64,000 bases of DNA, from positions 10,565 to 74,564 of the forward strand of contig CAYHCM010000002.1 in assembly GCA_964355045.1 (NCBI GenBank). Reading direction: 5' to 3'. The stretch is from an uncultured Chitinophaga sp. (lineage in GTDB: Bacteria > Bacteroidota > Bacteroidia > NS11-12g > UBA9320). This document shows positions 33,101-38,471 of this stretch, piece by piece (positions within the stretch are counted from its first letter, which is position 1; the number at the start of each line of letters is the position of its first letter). A model generated the notes under the pieces. That model made no database searches. It saw nothing but the letters and a program-made list of their open reading frames with translations, and was not told the DNA's origin. The translations under genes and the position numbers were made by a program.

Positions 33101-33496
33101 AAAATCGTTATCCCCGTTTAAATCAATCCATATCATCATATTTACAGGATAAGTAGGACCCGTGGTAAACCCGAATGAATAGGTTTTCCCTGCCTTTAGC
33201 GTAAACATGGGAGAACTACTCAAAAGAGTGTACTGGCCTGAGGAAGATTTACAACCACTATTTGTTGTGGTATGTGCACGATTAAATAGCGTGGTGGAGC
33301 CTAACTTAATTTCCACCGCATTTACCGACATTCCGTAAGTCGTGCAATTTCCACTTTGTCCACTATAAACAGGGGTACAATAGGGAGACTGCGCTTTGGC
33401 AATACCGCCAAATAGCGATAATAGAAAAACCGGTAACAAGGTTTTAGTAAAACTGTTTGATAAATTTTTGTTTAATTGAGTAGAATTTTTTTTCAT
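18167..33496 (-). CDS. Giant 5109-aa T9SS-secreted surface protein (adhesin-like). N- to C-terminus it has: a signal peptide; a GEVED-like N-terminal domain ('…DDLSYGEAEDYTINL'); a CARDB-like domain; three paralogous right-handed beta-helix modules of ~1000 aa each; a PKD-like domain; 3 Ig-like repeats; ~16 PKD repeats ('W.FGDG' motif); a PKD-like domain; and a type-A T9SS CTD.
   Basis: Single uninterrupted 15,330-nt ORF. Module starts 'PASGATNLVISGNSATALFILDNAYRVTFDG', 'SAASRRAVTGSGTGGMIRLNGADRVKITG' and 'DSLTNTERLISGNVGSMIRLDGADRVKFSG', with matching module ends '…LHLSSGNPAESAGDPTVTSVLDDFDNQVRSG…' and '…LHLSGTNTAEGNGAMDVPTTDDFDGNIRSG…'. C-terminal 'YPNPNKDNFTVEV…MNVYDQLGREI…AGIYSAKLVTDKGLTTILRFEVKN'. 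Confidence 0.85.
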   Translation of the reverse strand: MKKNSTQLNKNLSNSFTKTLLPVFLLSLFGGIAKAQSPYCTPVYSGQSGNCTTYGMSVNAVEIKLGSTTLFNRAHTTTNSGCKSSSGQYTLLSSSPMFTLKAGKTYSFGFTTGPTYPVNMMIWIDLNGDNDFLDAGEWMSPPNCVYSVGNVPNGSSTLTYFNVTIPSSVTVGTTRMRIRSEYYFSTCPTTNSGSCDDLSYGEAEDYTINLDADANDVGISALISPTYVCGATADPFIVQIKNSGKNSITSSIPVTMQLSGVTTGTFTKSYTRTLAIGGTDTIHMGTLNTAALKGALTMKSFTGYSLDSAHSNDTNLTNISFYGAQTPLSGSYSVGPTGTFSSIKMASDSLKLKGFNGSVVLELQSTYASSVESFPITIPIFTTNICGTANSNPQLTIRPASGATNLVISGNSATALFILDNAYRVTFDGRPGGTGTSKELSFSNTSGSGTVFTLQNDAIRNTIKYCNIRSSNTNPASGAIFLGTSNKFFGNDSNVISNNLITRSSATSFLYSAITSSPTSNLLIQTDNITITDNEIHSFYNYGINVVNSLGNGEKWTITNNSFYDSATTAGTTSTNWVAINFLPGTTSLSIANIISNNYIGGTLANCGGSPLVNSSSSATMAGIRISCNPGTPTLVQNNVIQNISFTSTTNSAQFMGINPQGGSLILGGAAGKGNTIGHASTANSISSLGNNAMIGISSSAFHDMVMSYNTIANISQNNTSTSGAIRGIVNTGGASVYITNNIIRNFVTNSANAGSTTSAVLIGILMQSSSNNQFITDNIVGGSISEALSSTTTTGQTRVIGIMNIAGITQIKGNKINGLLSSSPSTSNTSSAAIIGIYHQGTNGCVYNGNEIRNLISTAAASTQIEGMYIASGATDITNNIISDLTTASTSTAANQTSCIVGISYNTGLPATINNNTIENFSATANAGTYILGINIQSTLTYMKNNKIRNFSSNSSTTALTPASITGIYVLSASANKNITGNSIYNFYNYNTSAAATILGIYFTTATTFGNYSIVNNNFIHSFGLATSAAGNMTGIYNYGGTATYQNNMIRLGVDSIGNAISGPYTYKGIFQNTIYSNNYYNNSIYLAGISGGTTNSACIELTGTISSPTETVNIKNNIFYNNILNTSTGYNAGISITTNNGRIFSNHNIIYTPNTMGVAGLISTTPYTNLTGASSWNSATLLDGQSGSSNPNYLTPNGTSSTVDLHLSSGNPAESAGDPTVTSVLDDFDNQVRSGLTPNDIGADAGTFTKSGDKFPPIINLNPLTNTSSTSDRTFTVNIIDNGLGMPKTTANAPRVYYKKGSGTVYSGAGSLTSGNQQNGVWTFTINATTLGGVSNADIISYYILAQDSAGNVVSNAMYAIASSVSSVSTDPTTPNTYMIVPSLSTSIDVGSGQTYTTLTETGAAGLFNAINNSGLQGNTVINITSDMTETGAVALNQWIETGGSGYTLTIRPSAASRRAVTGSGTGGMIRLNGADRVKITGMPTGGSSTDTFLFIKTTSTSDPVITLLNDAVNNTIENCVVEGSTTSAILLSATGMVTGNDNNTFIRSYIRAINGSGMTNGIQSLGQLPTAVLPELMNDNITIRECRIYNFTSFGITVAANSGGNNWRILNNHFYRTPSNPATSAQTAINFVPGIISNNDTISGNFIGGMEPYCGGSAFNNSAMSAFNGILLSAGTQDGVQVQGNTIQNFLFSGTGTLTILFTGININGGVVDVGGTTGNNIGDAATSNSIQTNGNAGLIGINSTTSFKLTVNNNIISNLTATGGTVYTSTAVRGIMISTTTYELNVRNNTVQNFNATSSNSGSSTSAAVVGIGVSSGGSVQNILNNTVKNLKNLRNVGNHCMVGLYTLAGLNKTKGNIISGLVSSTANPNSVSTASGIIGLLMNGNLGNSECSDNIISDLQYVSSTPATVQMMGLYISSGSGLKIHNNTISSLNSMTTSTGTQYSAGIIGLCYSGGGTFISFTGNTIHSLNHTNTATANAVNVIGLVSLAASSNTPYLVSRNNIHSLKLSTSGAGTMIGILNYGYSGTYENNMIRIGIDSAGNAFSGPYNVYGIQQLITNSTSAYYYHNSVYLGGSPGSGASVTSAFSLPVAFSATTTRVVIKNNIFHNAVSNTGSASGKNFAMQLQSTSLIFSNNNILYANGTGGITGNIISTATDYTNLSGAASWQSATGFDLNSGSGDPGFVNPTGNALAVNLHLSGTNTAEGNGAMDVPTTDDFDGNIRSGRTPVDIGAHSGNFSLSSDIIAPVITFNLLNNASTTSGSRTVSNVSITDNAGIPMSGTNIPRIYFSKNGSTWYSSAATALTGSNKNAVATFAIDYSTMGGVATGDTIRYYIIAQDNAGNLRSNGLYAVASDVNTITTHPAIPLTYKLVGALAAGSKLRVGTGKTYPTLTGAGGLFEYLNTVSLGGDVTAVISSNTDEPGTFGLNQLGDNGGGTYTLTIRPDSLTNTERLISGNVGSMIRLDGADRVKFSGIPDFNGGGTDRKLRFRNTNTAGQVFLFINEATDNRLNNLNIESGNSSITSGVIQFSTSTKMLGNSRDTVSNCLIEHNRTGVFPLGVPAVDIYSLGDVGKENTANVIMGNEITNFTQYGIWIANVGNGNNWNISGNSFYRSLSIPAFALQYSIFMDVQYQSGGHLISGNYIGGSAKNCGGAPWVNNANVDFRAISFTSGSLFMPSTISNNVIQNIRRTNIGTGATFFGIISQNSVSVNILNNLIGHPTDINSIVLSGGAQHSILTHQSNGNCNIIGNTIQGINCPMQGVAENIVCIFPTNGLCTIRKNLVGSTTVANSIQNSGTGSIIGIQAQMTSLNAPTVLIDSNVVANMTSYGVESGISFRGIVFGNSGTSIPTITNNKVFNCSVNCSNITSVFATNTIVAATGIGIYAIVLGGRVANNTVYNIRANNTGAAPTIVTGLFVNFANNTIFSNNRVYDIINLSTNTNINAPAVACGIMIATAQNSITLQNNQISLGTGQTNSPMYIGIWQSTSGNFTINSFFNSVYIGGTATSGIHSSFGYLRGNNYVTSSYTSIVNAKSNILMNDRKGGTGKHYAIGNQNVITTFQTGWQNNASNYNLLSNSSAYPVALWNITDYNFSDWKANSRSDLNSPYIPSGTSGGEINPDMFVNRAIGDLNLDPSKSGTAEVAYKGMSLTGIAKDFVYITRNSTTPTIGSFEAFGKDAGVSAIVSPTNTTCAASNTQVTVSIKNYGFLSQSNISVTLKVTGSATVTSTQNFAGPLAAGATASYTFPDNINTLAGGTYTIKAYTNLTGEEQRGNDTSMSTITIVPKPTPVASGTNPACEKSTATYSTTLKTGMSYSWSVTGGTIQSGQNTNSISVKWGTVGTASVSVTETITALSCNGSNTLNVTLNPLPKANFTYTDTCGGNFVNFTSASTVSGGTITANSWKFGDATSGTGNTTTHKYTTTSASYSVRIISTSNSGCTDSADKSIFILKTLSAGVIGASQTICYNTTPALITTTTAPSGSISPYTNQWQVSTDNVNFTNISGATGQDYQPGTLTTTTYYRRSTTTAACGPAVSNTVTITVGTLLNPGVIGTAQTICFNGTGSALGFSTTPTGAVGGYTYQWQQSSDSATWSNISGQTSSSFTPTNVTSVTYYRNLVFSGSCPSAGTNGVKIKLYSPITGGSIASGQTICAGTAPAAFTQTAAATGGPGTYTFQWQSSTDSSTWTNISGATSSTYSSGTLSTLTYFQRLAGSTGCPSGTSNAIKVRTNAKPTVSYTASNHCFNDPMPVTNSSTISSGSLTYLWKFGDGTGSTSSVPTKTYTSSGTYTVTLTATSNQGCKDSAIKSVIVATTPSPSFTFSLKCQGDSVIFVDNTVYACGSGSGLQFHWNFGDATTSNVQHARHHYSSAGTYNVKFRISLSGGFKDSITKVVVFNIRSTPNFSATNECFPAATTFTNTSTGFASLAWSFGDASTSTTTNTSFTKTYATAGTYSAKLVSTSTFGCKDSLIKTVNVFSKPKATFSVSNNCLGVSTSFNNSSSGASVYQWTFGDANTSTATNPTNTYATAGTYTVKLKITSTNGCLDSTTNTVTIHPKPVADFSAANVCNGFTSTFTNNSTGASTYSWDFGNGNTSTTASPTYTYPTAGTYNVTLTATTSNGCTHAVTKSYTVNVSPKANFSGSNVCLGSSITFSNSSTGAATNSWNFGDATTSTAAAPTKTYATSGNFTVKLVVTNTFGCKDSTTKSVTIFAKPVPAFTANNQCLGTAVSFTNQSTGATSTIWVFGDGKSSAANSPNYTYATAGTYTVKLITTSVNGCKDSLSKTVTVYARPVVSFTASPDPICRGGLMNFTNTTTNGSTYQWTFGNGNTSTATSPTNIYNTEGNYNVKLVANSVNACKDSANKTVTVWPRPKASFNVNNGCTSDNLGFATNSVGAVGHEWTFGDGNSSTVANPAKGYANAGTYNIQLIVTSINGCKDTSRSTVTVHPRASVSFTNPSNFCLGLSTTFTNTTTLSAGTMTHQWSFGDGNTSSNTSPTNTYKAGGNYTVTLTTTTDKGCQNRNTSSILVYGKPAANFNAGNACAGATVTFNNTTIGGTTYAWDFGNSATSTLTSPTQSYTNAGTYSVKLTATNANNCTDAVTKQIIIYANPVANFTASDRCIGTAIAFTNTSGGASDVSWQFGDGSSSNSFNPSYSYTSPGSYNVTLNIKSVYGCQATVSKSVTVFAAPKAAFSINDNGQCINGNNFIYTDNSTIASGTYNRAWTLGDGSTSTATNATRTYASAGNYTVRLVITSNNGCKDSTNNPVMVYPKPVANFNINNSSQCINSNLFAFTDASTISDGSITRVWNLGDGSSQGGISILKQYSATGTYTVTLGVTSDFGCTDVISKTVTVNSSPAAAFTINNETQCLNSNNFGFTNTSPGASGFTNTWRFGDGTNVSTINASRTYAAAGNYVVTLRLSNASGCRDSSQYTVKVLPNPAAIIVSGPNTALNGSTKIYSVTATPGSTYNWVATNGVVLSNGASMIQVKWNTTGIAGTVTVTETGANGCQGTPANYNVALSTTGINTINRNAFAASLYPNPNKDNFTVEVSTGDMVTMNVYDQLGREILSGYRFSSRITISDHNLPAGIYSAKLVTDKGLTTILRFEVKN
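18650..22800. repeat. Tandem ~255-bp coding repeats (PKD-domain array) inside the giant gene.
   Basis: About 16 successive ~85-aa units each containing '[WF].FGDG/FGNG…T…Y…G.Y.V.L…N..GC.D'; they produce the many stop-free antisense ORFs listed in the ORF track. Confidence 0.7.
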
Positions 33497-33739
33497 AGTC
33501 GTTTTGTTTTAATTATTTTATGATTTACATCAGGTTAAGGAAATAGATTGTAAATTTTCTGTAAAAGAATAGAAATGGTTTGTCATATCAAAATTTTTAA
33601 TTGTGAAAATTGAAAGTATTATAAAACTAATCATTTATAGCTTTGATTATCAAACTATAAAAGTTTGTCATTTTTTTTAAAACAAGAGTATTCAGGAAAT
33701 AATTATTAAACTAAATATAATATATGGAATACTATCTCA

Positions 33740-33775
33740 TGTTATTGGCCTAAAAACTTATTTTTGCGCAACAAT
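33740..33775 (+). promoter_or_regulatory. Candidate Bacteroidetes-type promoter for anmK (-33 TTG … -7 TATTTTTG).
   Basis: 'TATTTTTG' fits the Bacteroidetes -7 consensus TAnnTTTG and lies ~33 nt upstream of the ATG at 33802, with a TTG ~20 nt further upstream; prediction only. Confidence 0.3.
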
Positions 33776-33801
33776 TTTGGAGCAATTAGAACCGGTAAAT
33801 T

Positions 33802-34890
33802 ATGAAAGAATATAAAGTAATAGGAGTAATGTCAGGCACTTCAATGGACGGGATTGACCTTGTTCATTGTACCCTGGAACAAAACAATGAAAAATGGAGT
33901 TATAAAATTAATGCGGCTAAAACTATTGATTATGATGAAAAATGGCGATTGCGATTATCAAAGCTTCGTTCACAGTCGGCGTATAATTTTGTGCGAACCG
34001 ACCGCTATTATGGCGAATACATCGGATTATTAATAAACGACTTTTTAAAAGAAACCAATCTTACCACCGATTTAATTTCATCTCATGGTCACACTATTTT
34101 TCATCAGCCCGAAAATAATATAACCACCCAAATTGGCGATGGTAATGCTATTTCAGCAATTACCGGAATTCCTTCCATTACCAATTTCAGGGCTATGGAT
34201 GTTATACTTGGCGGGCAAGGGGCTCCGCTTGTTGGAATTGGCGATAAACTATTATTTGGCGAATACGATATGTGTTTAAACATAGGTGGCTTCGCCAATA
34301 TTTCGGCTATGGTTAATGGTACCTATGTAGCATACGATATTTGCCCTGCAAATATTTTATTAAATCGTATAGCACGGGAATTTGATATGGAATTTGATGA
34401 AGATGGAAAAATAGCTGAAACCGGAAAAATAGATTATGACCTCCTGGGAAATTTGAATGTTATACCCTATTACAAGTTACCTTACCCTAAATCATTGGGC
34501 AGAGAATGGATTAATCAAAATTTTTGGGGTATAGTTCGTGAATGTAAAATTGACAAACAGGACAAAATGAAAACCCTGGTTGATCATATTGCCGGGCAAA
34601 TTGGTCAAAATATTGATGACCTTGCCGATGGCGATTCATCTAAAATCAAGGTATTGGCCACAGGTGGCGGAGTTCTTAATCCCGTATTGATTGACTATAT
34701 AAAATCGAATACCGATGCTGAAATAATAGTACCCGATGTGCAGCTTATAAATTATAAGGAAGCCCTGGTTTTTGCATTGATGGGTGTTTTGAGAATTCAA
34801 AACCAACTGAATGTTTTAGCCAGCTATACCGGTGCCGATGCTGATTCAGTAAGCGGTTCATTACACGGCGATTTTTCAAGATTGGTTTAA
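33802..34890 (+). CDS. anmK: Anhydro-N-acetylmuramic acid kinase.
   Basis: 'IGVMSGTSMDGIDL' N-terminus, 'ILGGQGAPLV' and 'LNIGGFANIS' motifs collinear with E. coli AnmK. Confidence 0.85.
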   Translation: MKEYKVIGVMSGTSMDGIDLVHCTLEQNNEKWSYKINAAKTIDYDEKWRLRLSKLRSQSAYNFVRTDRYYGEYIGLLINDFLKETNLTTDLISSHGHTIFHQPENNITTQIGDGNAISAITGIPSITNFRAMDVILGGQGAPLVGIGDKLLFGEYDMCLNIGGFANISAMVNGTYVAYDICPANILLNRIAREFDMEFDEDGKIAETGKIDYDLLGNLNVIPYYKLPYPKSLGREWINQNFWGIVRECKIDKQDKMKTLVDHIAGQIGQNIDDLADGDSSKIKVLATGGGVLNPVLIDYIKSNTDAEIIVPDVQLINYKEALVFALMGVLRIQNQLNVLASYTGADADSVSGSLHGDFSRLV

Positions 34891-34898
34891 ATAGATTT

Positions 34899-35092
34899 TG
34901 AGATGTGAGTACAGAGATTGTGAGAAATGTAACTTTGATAAATATATTATTTACCAAAATTTTTATTTCGAACATTTAAGTTCTCTATTATTCTCATTTC
35001 TCAAAGTCCCATATCTTTGAATTCATATCTCTGTACTCATATCTCTGTACTCATATCTCTTTACTCATATCTCTTTACTCATATCTCTGTAC
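34899..35092. repeat. 14-bp tandem repeat TCATATCTCT(G/T)TAC in 5 copies at 35023-35092 with a degenerate leading copy, plus an inverted copy (GAGTACAGAGAT) at 34899-34925.
   Basis: Read directly; lies between anmK and the dehydrogenase gene, immediately 5' of the AAATCTAAAATCGTAAATC motif. Confidence 0.7.
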
Positions 35093-35133
35093 CAAAAATC
35101 TAAAATCGTAAATCTAAAATCGTAAATCCCTAC

Positions 35134-36360
35134 ATGTCTTTATTAAAAAAATTTGAACATAAACATCCCGAAATAGTATTTGAGTGGAAAGATACCGAAA
35201 CCGAAGCCGAAGGTTGGTTGGTTATTAATTCCATTCGCAATGGCTCGGCAGGTGGCGGCACCCGGATGCGAAAAGGCCTTAACCGCCACGAAGTAACTTC
35301 ATTAGCCAAAACCATGGAAGTTAAATTTACCATAGCCGGCCCTCCTATTGGTGGCGCCAAGTCGGGTATTAATTTTGATCCTGCCGACCCACGAAAAAAA
35401 GGGGTTTTGGAACGTTGGTTCAAAGCAGTATATCCATTATTAAAAAATTATTATGGAACGGGCGGAGATATGAATGTGGATGAAATACATGAAGTAATTC
35501 CCATCATGGCTGTGTTGGGCCTGCTTCATCCTCAGGAAGGAACAGTAAATGGTCACCTAAAAGATTACTCGCCTCAGGAAAAACTTCAGTCCATTACCCG
35601 ATTGCAGGAAGGTGTAAGTTTAAAAATTACGGATGAACGATTTTCGCCGGATGTAAACCGGGGTTACACTATTTCTGATATGATTACCGGCTGGGGTGTG
35701 GCCGAAGCGGTGCGTCATTATTACGAAATTTGGGGAGGAATGATGAAAGGGAAATTGGCCATCATTCAGGGATGGGGAAATGTAGCCGCTACTGCCGCAT
35801 GGTATTTAACCAAAAACGGGGTTTTAATAGCCGGAATAATAGACCGAAACGGTGGAATAATAAATAAACAAGGAATGGGCTTTGAAGATGTAAATCAACT
35901 TTTATTAAATAAAAAAAATCATTCTCTTTTAGCCGATAATCTTTTAAGTTTTGAAGAAACAAATGAGCAAATCTGGAGTCTCGGGGCTGAAATTTTTATA
36001 CCCGCTGCTGCTTCCCGATTAGTCACCGAAAATCAGGTAGAGCAAATGATAGAAGGAGGAATGGAGGTAATAAGTTGCGGAGCTAATGTACCCTTTGCCG
36101 ATGAGGAAATTTTTATGGGTAAAATTAGCCGGATGGCAGATGAAAATATGGCTGTGATACCTGATTTTATAGCCAATTGCGGCATGGCCCGTGTGTTTGC
36201 TTATTTAATGAAAAAGGATGCCGAAGTAAATGATGTAAAAATTTTGATGGATACCTCCAAAATTATACGAAGTGCTATGATGCGGCTGCATCAGTTTAAT
36301 CCAAAACATACGGGCTTATCGAACAAAGCGTTGGAATTGAGCTTGACGGATTTGGTTTGA
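35134..36360 (+). CDS. Glu/Leu/Phe/Val-family amino-acid dehydrogenase.
   Basis: 'GSAGGGTRMRKGLNRHEVTSLAKTMEVKFTIAGPPIGGAKSGINFDP' matches the catalytic-domain glycine-rich and lysine region of GDH-family enzymes; C-terminal Rossmann 'GWGNVA'. Confidence 0.7.
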   Translation: MSLLKKFEHKHPEIVFEWKDTETEAEGWLVINSIRNGSAGGGTRMRKGLNRHEVTSLAKTMEVKFTIAGPPIGGAKSGINFDPADPRKKGVLERWFKAVYPLLKNYYGTGGDMNVDEIHEVIPIMAVLGLLHPQEGTVNGHLKDYSPQEKLQSITRLQEGVSLKITDERFSPDVNRGYTISDMITGWGVAEAVRHYYEIWGGMMKGKLAIIQGWGNVAATAAWYLTKNGVLIAGIIDRNGGIINKQGMGFEDVNQLLLNKKNHSLLADNLLSFEETNEQIWSLGAEIFIPAAASRLVTENQVEQMIEGGMEVISCGANVPFADEEIFMGKISRMADENMAVIPDFIANCGMARVFAYLMKKDAEVNDVKILMDTSKIIRSAMMRLHQFNPKHTGLSNKALELSLTDLV

Positions 36361-36387
36361 AGAAACACGGCTTGCTCAGTTTTTATG

Positions 36388-36453
36388 GGGGAGACACTGA
36401 GAACATGGAGAGACACAGAGAGACAAAGAAAAGGGAGACAGAGGAAAACGGAG
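36388..36453. repeat. GA-rich 'GAGACA(C)AGAGA' dispersed repeat copy.
   Basis: 'GGAGACACTGAGAACATGGAGAGACACAGAGAGACAAAGAAAAGGGAGACAGAGGAAAACGGAGG'; related copies at 39995-40075 and, inverted, at 40129-40166. Confidence 0.55.
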
Positions 36454-36480
36454 GATCTTTTAAATGTTGTTTTTGAAAAT

Positions 36481-36591
36481 AAAATGTTCAATAAACAATA
36501 ATCAATTTTCAATAATCAATTGGCTTCGCCATCAATAATAGCAGCCGTTAGGTATTGAAAATTGTGTATTGAAAATTGATTATTGAACATT
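36481..36591. repeat. Long imperfect palindrome with ~40-bp arms (AAAATGTTCAATAA…TCAATTTTCAATA) and a 31-bp spacer, between convergent genes.
   Basis: Left arm 36481-36521 against the reverse complement of right arm 36553-36591: ~32/36 matches with a 4-nt indel; possible bidirectional terminator or protein binding site. Confidence 0.55.
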
Positions 36592-36658
36592 TTTTTAGAA
36601 TTTGTAGCTTGAAATTTGGATTTTGGAATTTTTCCTTTAACCTTTTTACTTTAACCTT

Positions 36659-37171
36659 TCAGTCTTCCAAATACCCAATAGGATTAAGATAAAACATTTT
36701 TTTCCATCCTTGATGGTCATGGTCAATAAGCCAAAAGTAAGGAAAAAGCGTGGTGATGGTATAATGCAAATGAGGAGGTTTTCCAGCCGCATTGCCGCTG
36801 CTGCCAACACTTGCAATTATTTCATTTTTGCCAGCACATGAAAATTTGGACGTTTTTATTTCTTTTAAATGGGCATAATAATGAAACCGCCATTTGGGTC
36901 CTAAAATAATAATCACATTGCCGCCCATGCTTAATTTTCCGCAATAAATTACCAAACCATTTACGGATGAAACCACATGCGTTCCTTCTTTGGCAAATAT
37001 ATCAACCCCTTTATGGGTAACCGATTTTCCCCAGGGGTAATACCAAAATGATTGTGGATGGTAACTTGATTTGGTGGCTCCGGTGACCGGCATTATTAAA
37101 TTTTGAGGAATTAAAAAACCAAGGATAAAAATGGAAAGCAGCGCTAATGTTATTTTTTTGCGAAGAGTCAT
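36659..37171 (-). CDS. M23-family (LytM-like) metallopeptidase with a signal/anchor sequence.
   Basis: 'HKGVDIFAKEGTHVVSSVNGLVIYCG…GNVIIILGPKWRFHYYAHL…GSSGNAAGKPPHLHY' contains the M23 HxxxD … HxH zinc motifs. Confidence 0.8.
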   Translation of the reverse strand: MTLRKKITLALLSIFILGFLIPQNLIMPVTGATKSSYHPQSFWYYPWGKSVTHKGVDIFAKEGTHVVSSVNGLVIYCGKLSMGGNVIIILGPKWRFHYYAHLKEIKTSKFSCAGKNEIIASVGSSGNAAGKPPHLHYTITTLFPYFWLIDHDHQGWKKMFYLNPIGYLED

Positions 37172-37175
37172 CAGC

Positions 37176-37565
37176 CTATCTTGCTAATACAACGGTACCA
37201 TTATACTTATATCCATTCAATTGTCGCTCTGCCACCTGATCATACAAATCCATTGTTATCTGAAAAACATAGGCATCCATTTGACAAATCTGTCCTTTAT
37301 ATGTGCCATCCCAACACTTAGTAATATCTTTTGATTCAAACAATAATTCACCCCATCTATTATAAATTTTCATTTCAAATTTTACTATTTGAGAACTATC
37401 TGATTTTTGAACACAGAATTTCTCAGGAAGGTGTGCATCAGGTGTAAAAACACTTGGAATATTTATTTTTATTGTGATTGAATCGCTTGATGGCGATGGC
37501 TTAGCTATTGAAACGCTTATTGAAATAAAAAGTGTAAAAACAATAATAAATGAATATGATTTCAT
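37176..37565 (-). CDS. Mini-protein (129 aa): signal peptide plus a type-B T9SS C-terminal domain (gliding-motility CTD, TIGR04131-like) with almost no passenger domain.
   Basis: 'PSVFTPDAHLPEKFCVQ…KFEMKIYNRWGELLFES…CWDGTYKG…AYVFQI…NGYKYNGTVVLAR' matches the type-B CTD pattern (P.VFTPNGDG…IfNRWG.lVF…WDG…G.Y.Y…G.v.L.R). Confidence 0.65.
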   Translation of the reverse strand: MKSYSFIIVFTLFISISVSIAKPSPSSDSITIKINIPSVFTPDAHLPEKFCVQKSDSSQIVKFEMKIYNRWGELLFESKDITKCWDGTYKGQICQMDAYVFQITMDLYDQVAERQLNGYKYNGTVVLAR

Positions 37566-37644
37566 AATGTATCAGATTAAAATTTTACAAGTTTACTTTG
37601 AAAAATTAGAACAAAGACAATAGCCTGTTTTTTTTGACCGCGTC

Positions 37645-38040
37645 TCATTTTAATCTAATTAAAGCTACCGCTCCATTATAGCTTCGTTTTTTTACTTTTT
37701 CAGTAGCCAAGGCATTATAATATTCCAGATCAAGTATATAAAAATAGGTTCCTTCGGGAGCTTTACCATTTTTTGTTCTTCCATCCCAACATTTTAAAAT
37801 ATCAAATGAAGTAAAAACTAATTCCCCCCAGCGATTGTAAATTACCAATTTGAATTTTAAGATTTCTGAACTATCCAATTTTTGAACACAAAAACGATCG
37901 GAAAATCCTTCATCTTCGGCGGTAAAAATGGTTGGAATGCTAATTTTCGGTACAATGGTATCGCTTGATGGTATTGATTGAGCGATTAAATTATCAAAGC
38001 AAAATAGTGTTAAAATAAATAGAAGTATTATTGGTTTCAT
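37645..38040 (-). CDS. Mini-protein (131 aa), tandem paralog of 37176-37565: signal peptide plus type-B T9SS CTD.
   Basis: 'PTIFTAEDEGFSDRFCVQ…KFKLVIYNRWGELVFTS…CWDGRTKNGKAPEGTYFYIL…RSYNGAVALIRLK'. Confidence 0.65.
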   Translation of the reverse strand: MKPIILLFILTLFCFDNLIAQSIPSSDTIVPKISIPTIFTAEDEGFSDRFCVQKLDSSEILKFKLVIYNRWGELVFTSFDILKCWDGRTKNGKAPEGTYFYILDLEYYNALATEKVKKRSYNGAVALIRLK

Positions 38041-38061
38041 AGCATTTGTTTCAATTTACAA

Positions 38062-38463
38062 TTACAGATTAACGCCATTACTTTGAACATATTTTCTGAA
38101 ATTATCAAGATGGATAATGCAAAATGAATGGTCAATTTGTTTAAGTGTTTCAAAAGTGGCAGAATCTGTTATGCCTTCATACCGGGATGTTCTTGAATAA
38201 TTAAAAAGGTTTTTATAATCGCGCCAAGCGGTTCGCGAAATTTTCATTTTCGAATTCAATCGGTCAGGGTTTACACTATGTTCAATTTCAAAATGCGTTT
38301 CTCCGATTTCATAATTCTTTTTGGATGCCAACGCTTTTAAATAGTGAATGGCTATATAAAACAAAACGGTAATTTTCCAATCACAAAAATGCCCGGGGAA
38401 TTCAGAGTTTATACAATCATGAAATTTTTGGTTATGATTTGCCTGATTTAAATACTGTTGCAT
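38062..38463 (-). CDS. Hypothetical cytoplasmic protein (133 aa); no recognised domain.
   Basis: ORF only; no signal peptide; 8-nt gap to the upstream ORF suggests co-transcription. Confidence 0.4.
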   Translation of the reverse strand: MQQYLNQANHNQKFHDCINSEFPGHFCDWKITVLFYIAIHYLKALASKKNYEIGETHFEIEHSVNPDRLNSKMKISRTAWRDYKNLFNYSRTSRYEGITDSATFETLKQIDHSFCIIHLDNFRKYVQSNGVNL

Positions 38464-38471
38464 ATTTACTT

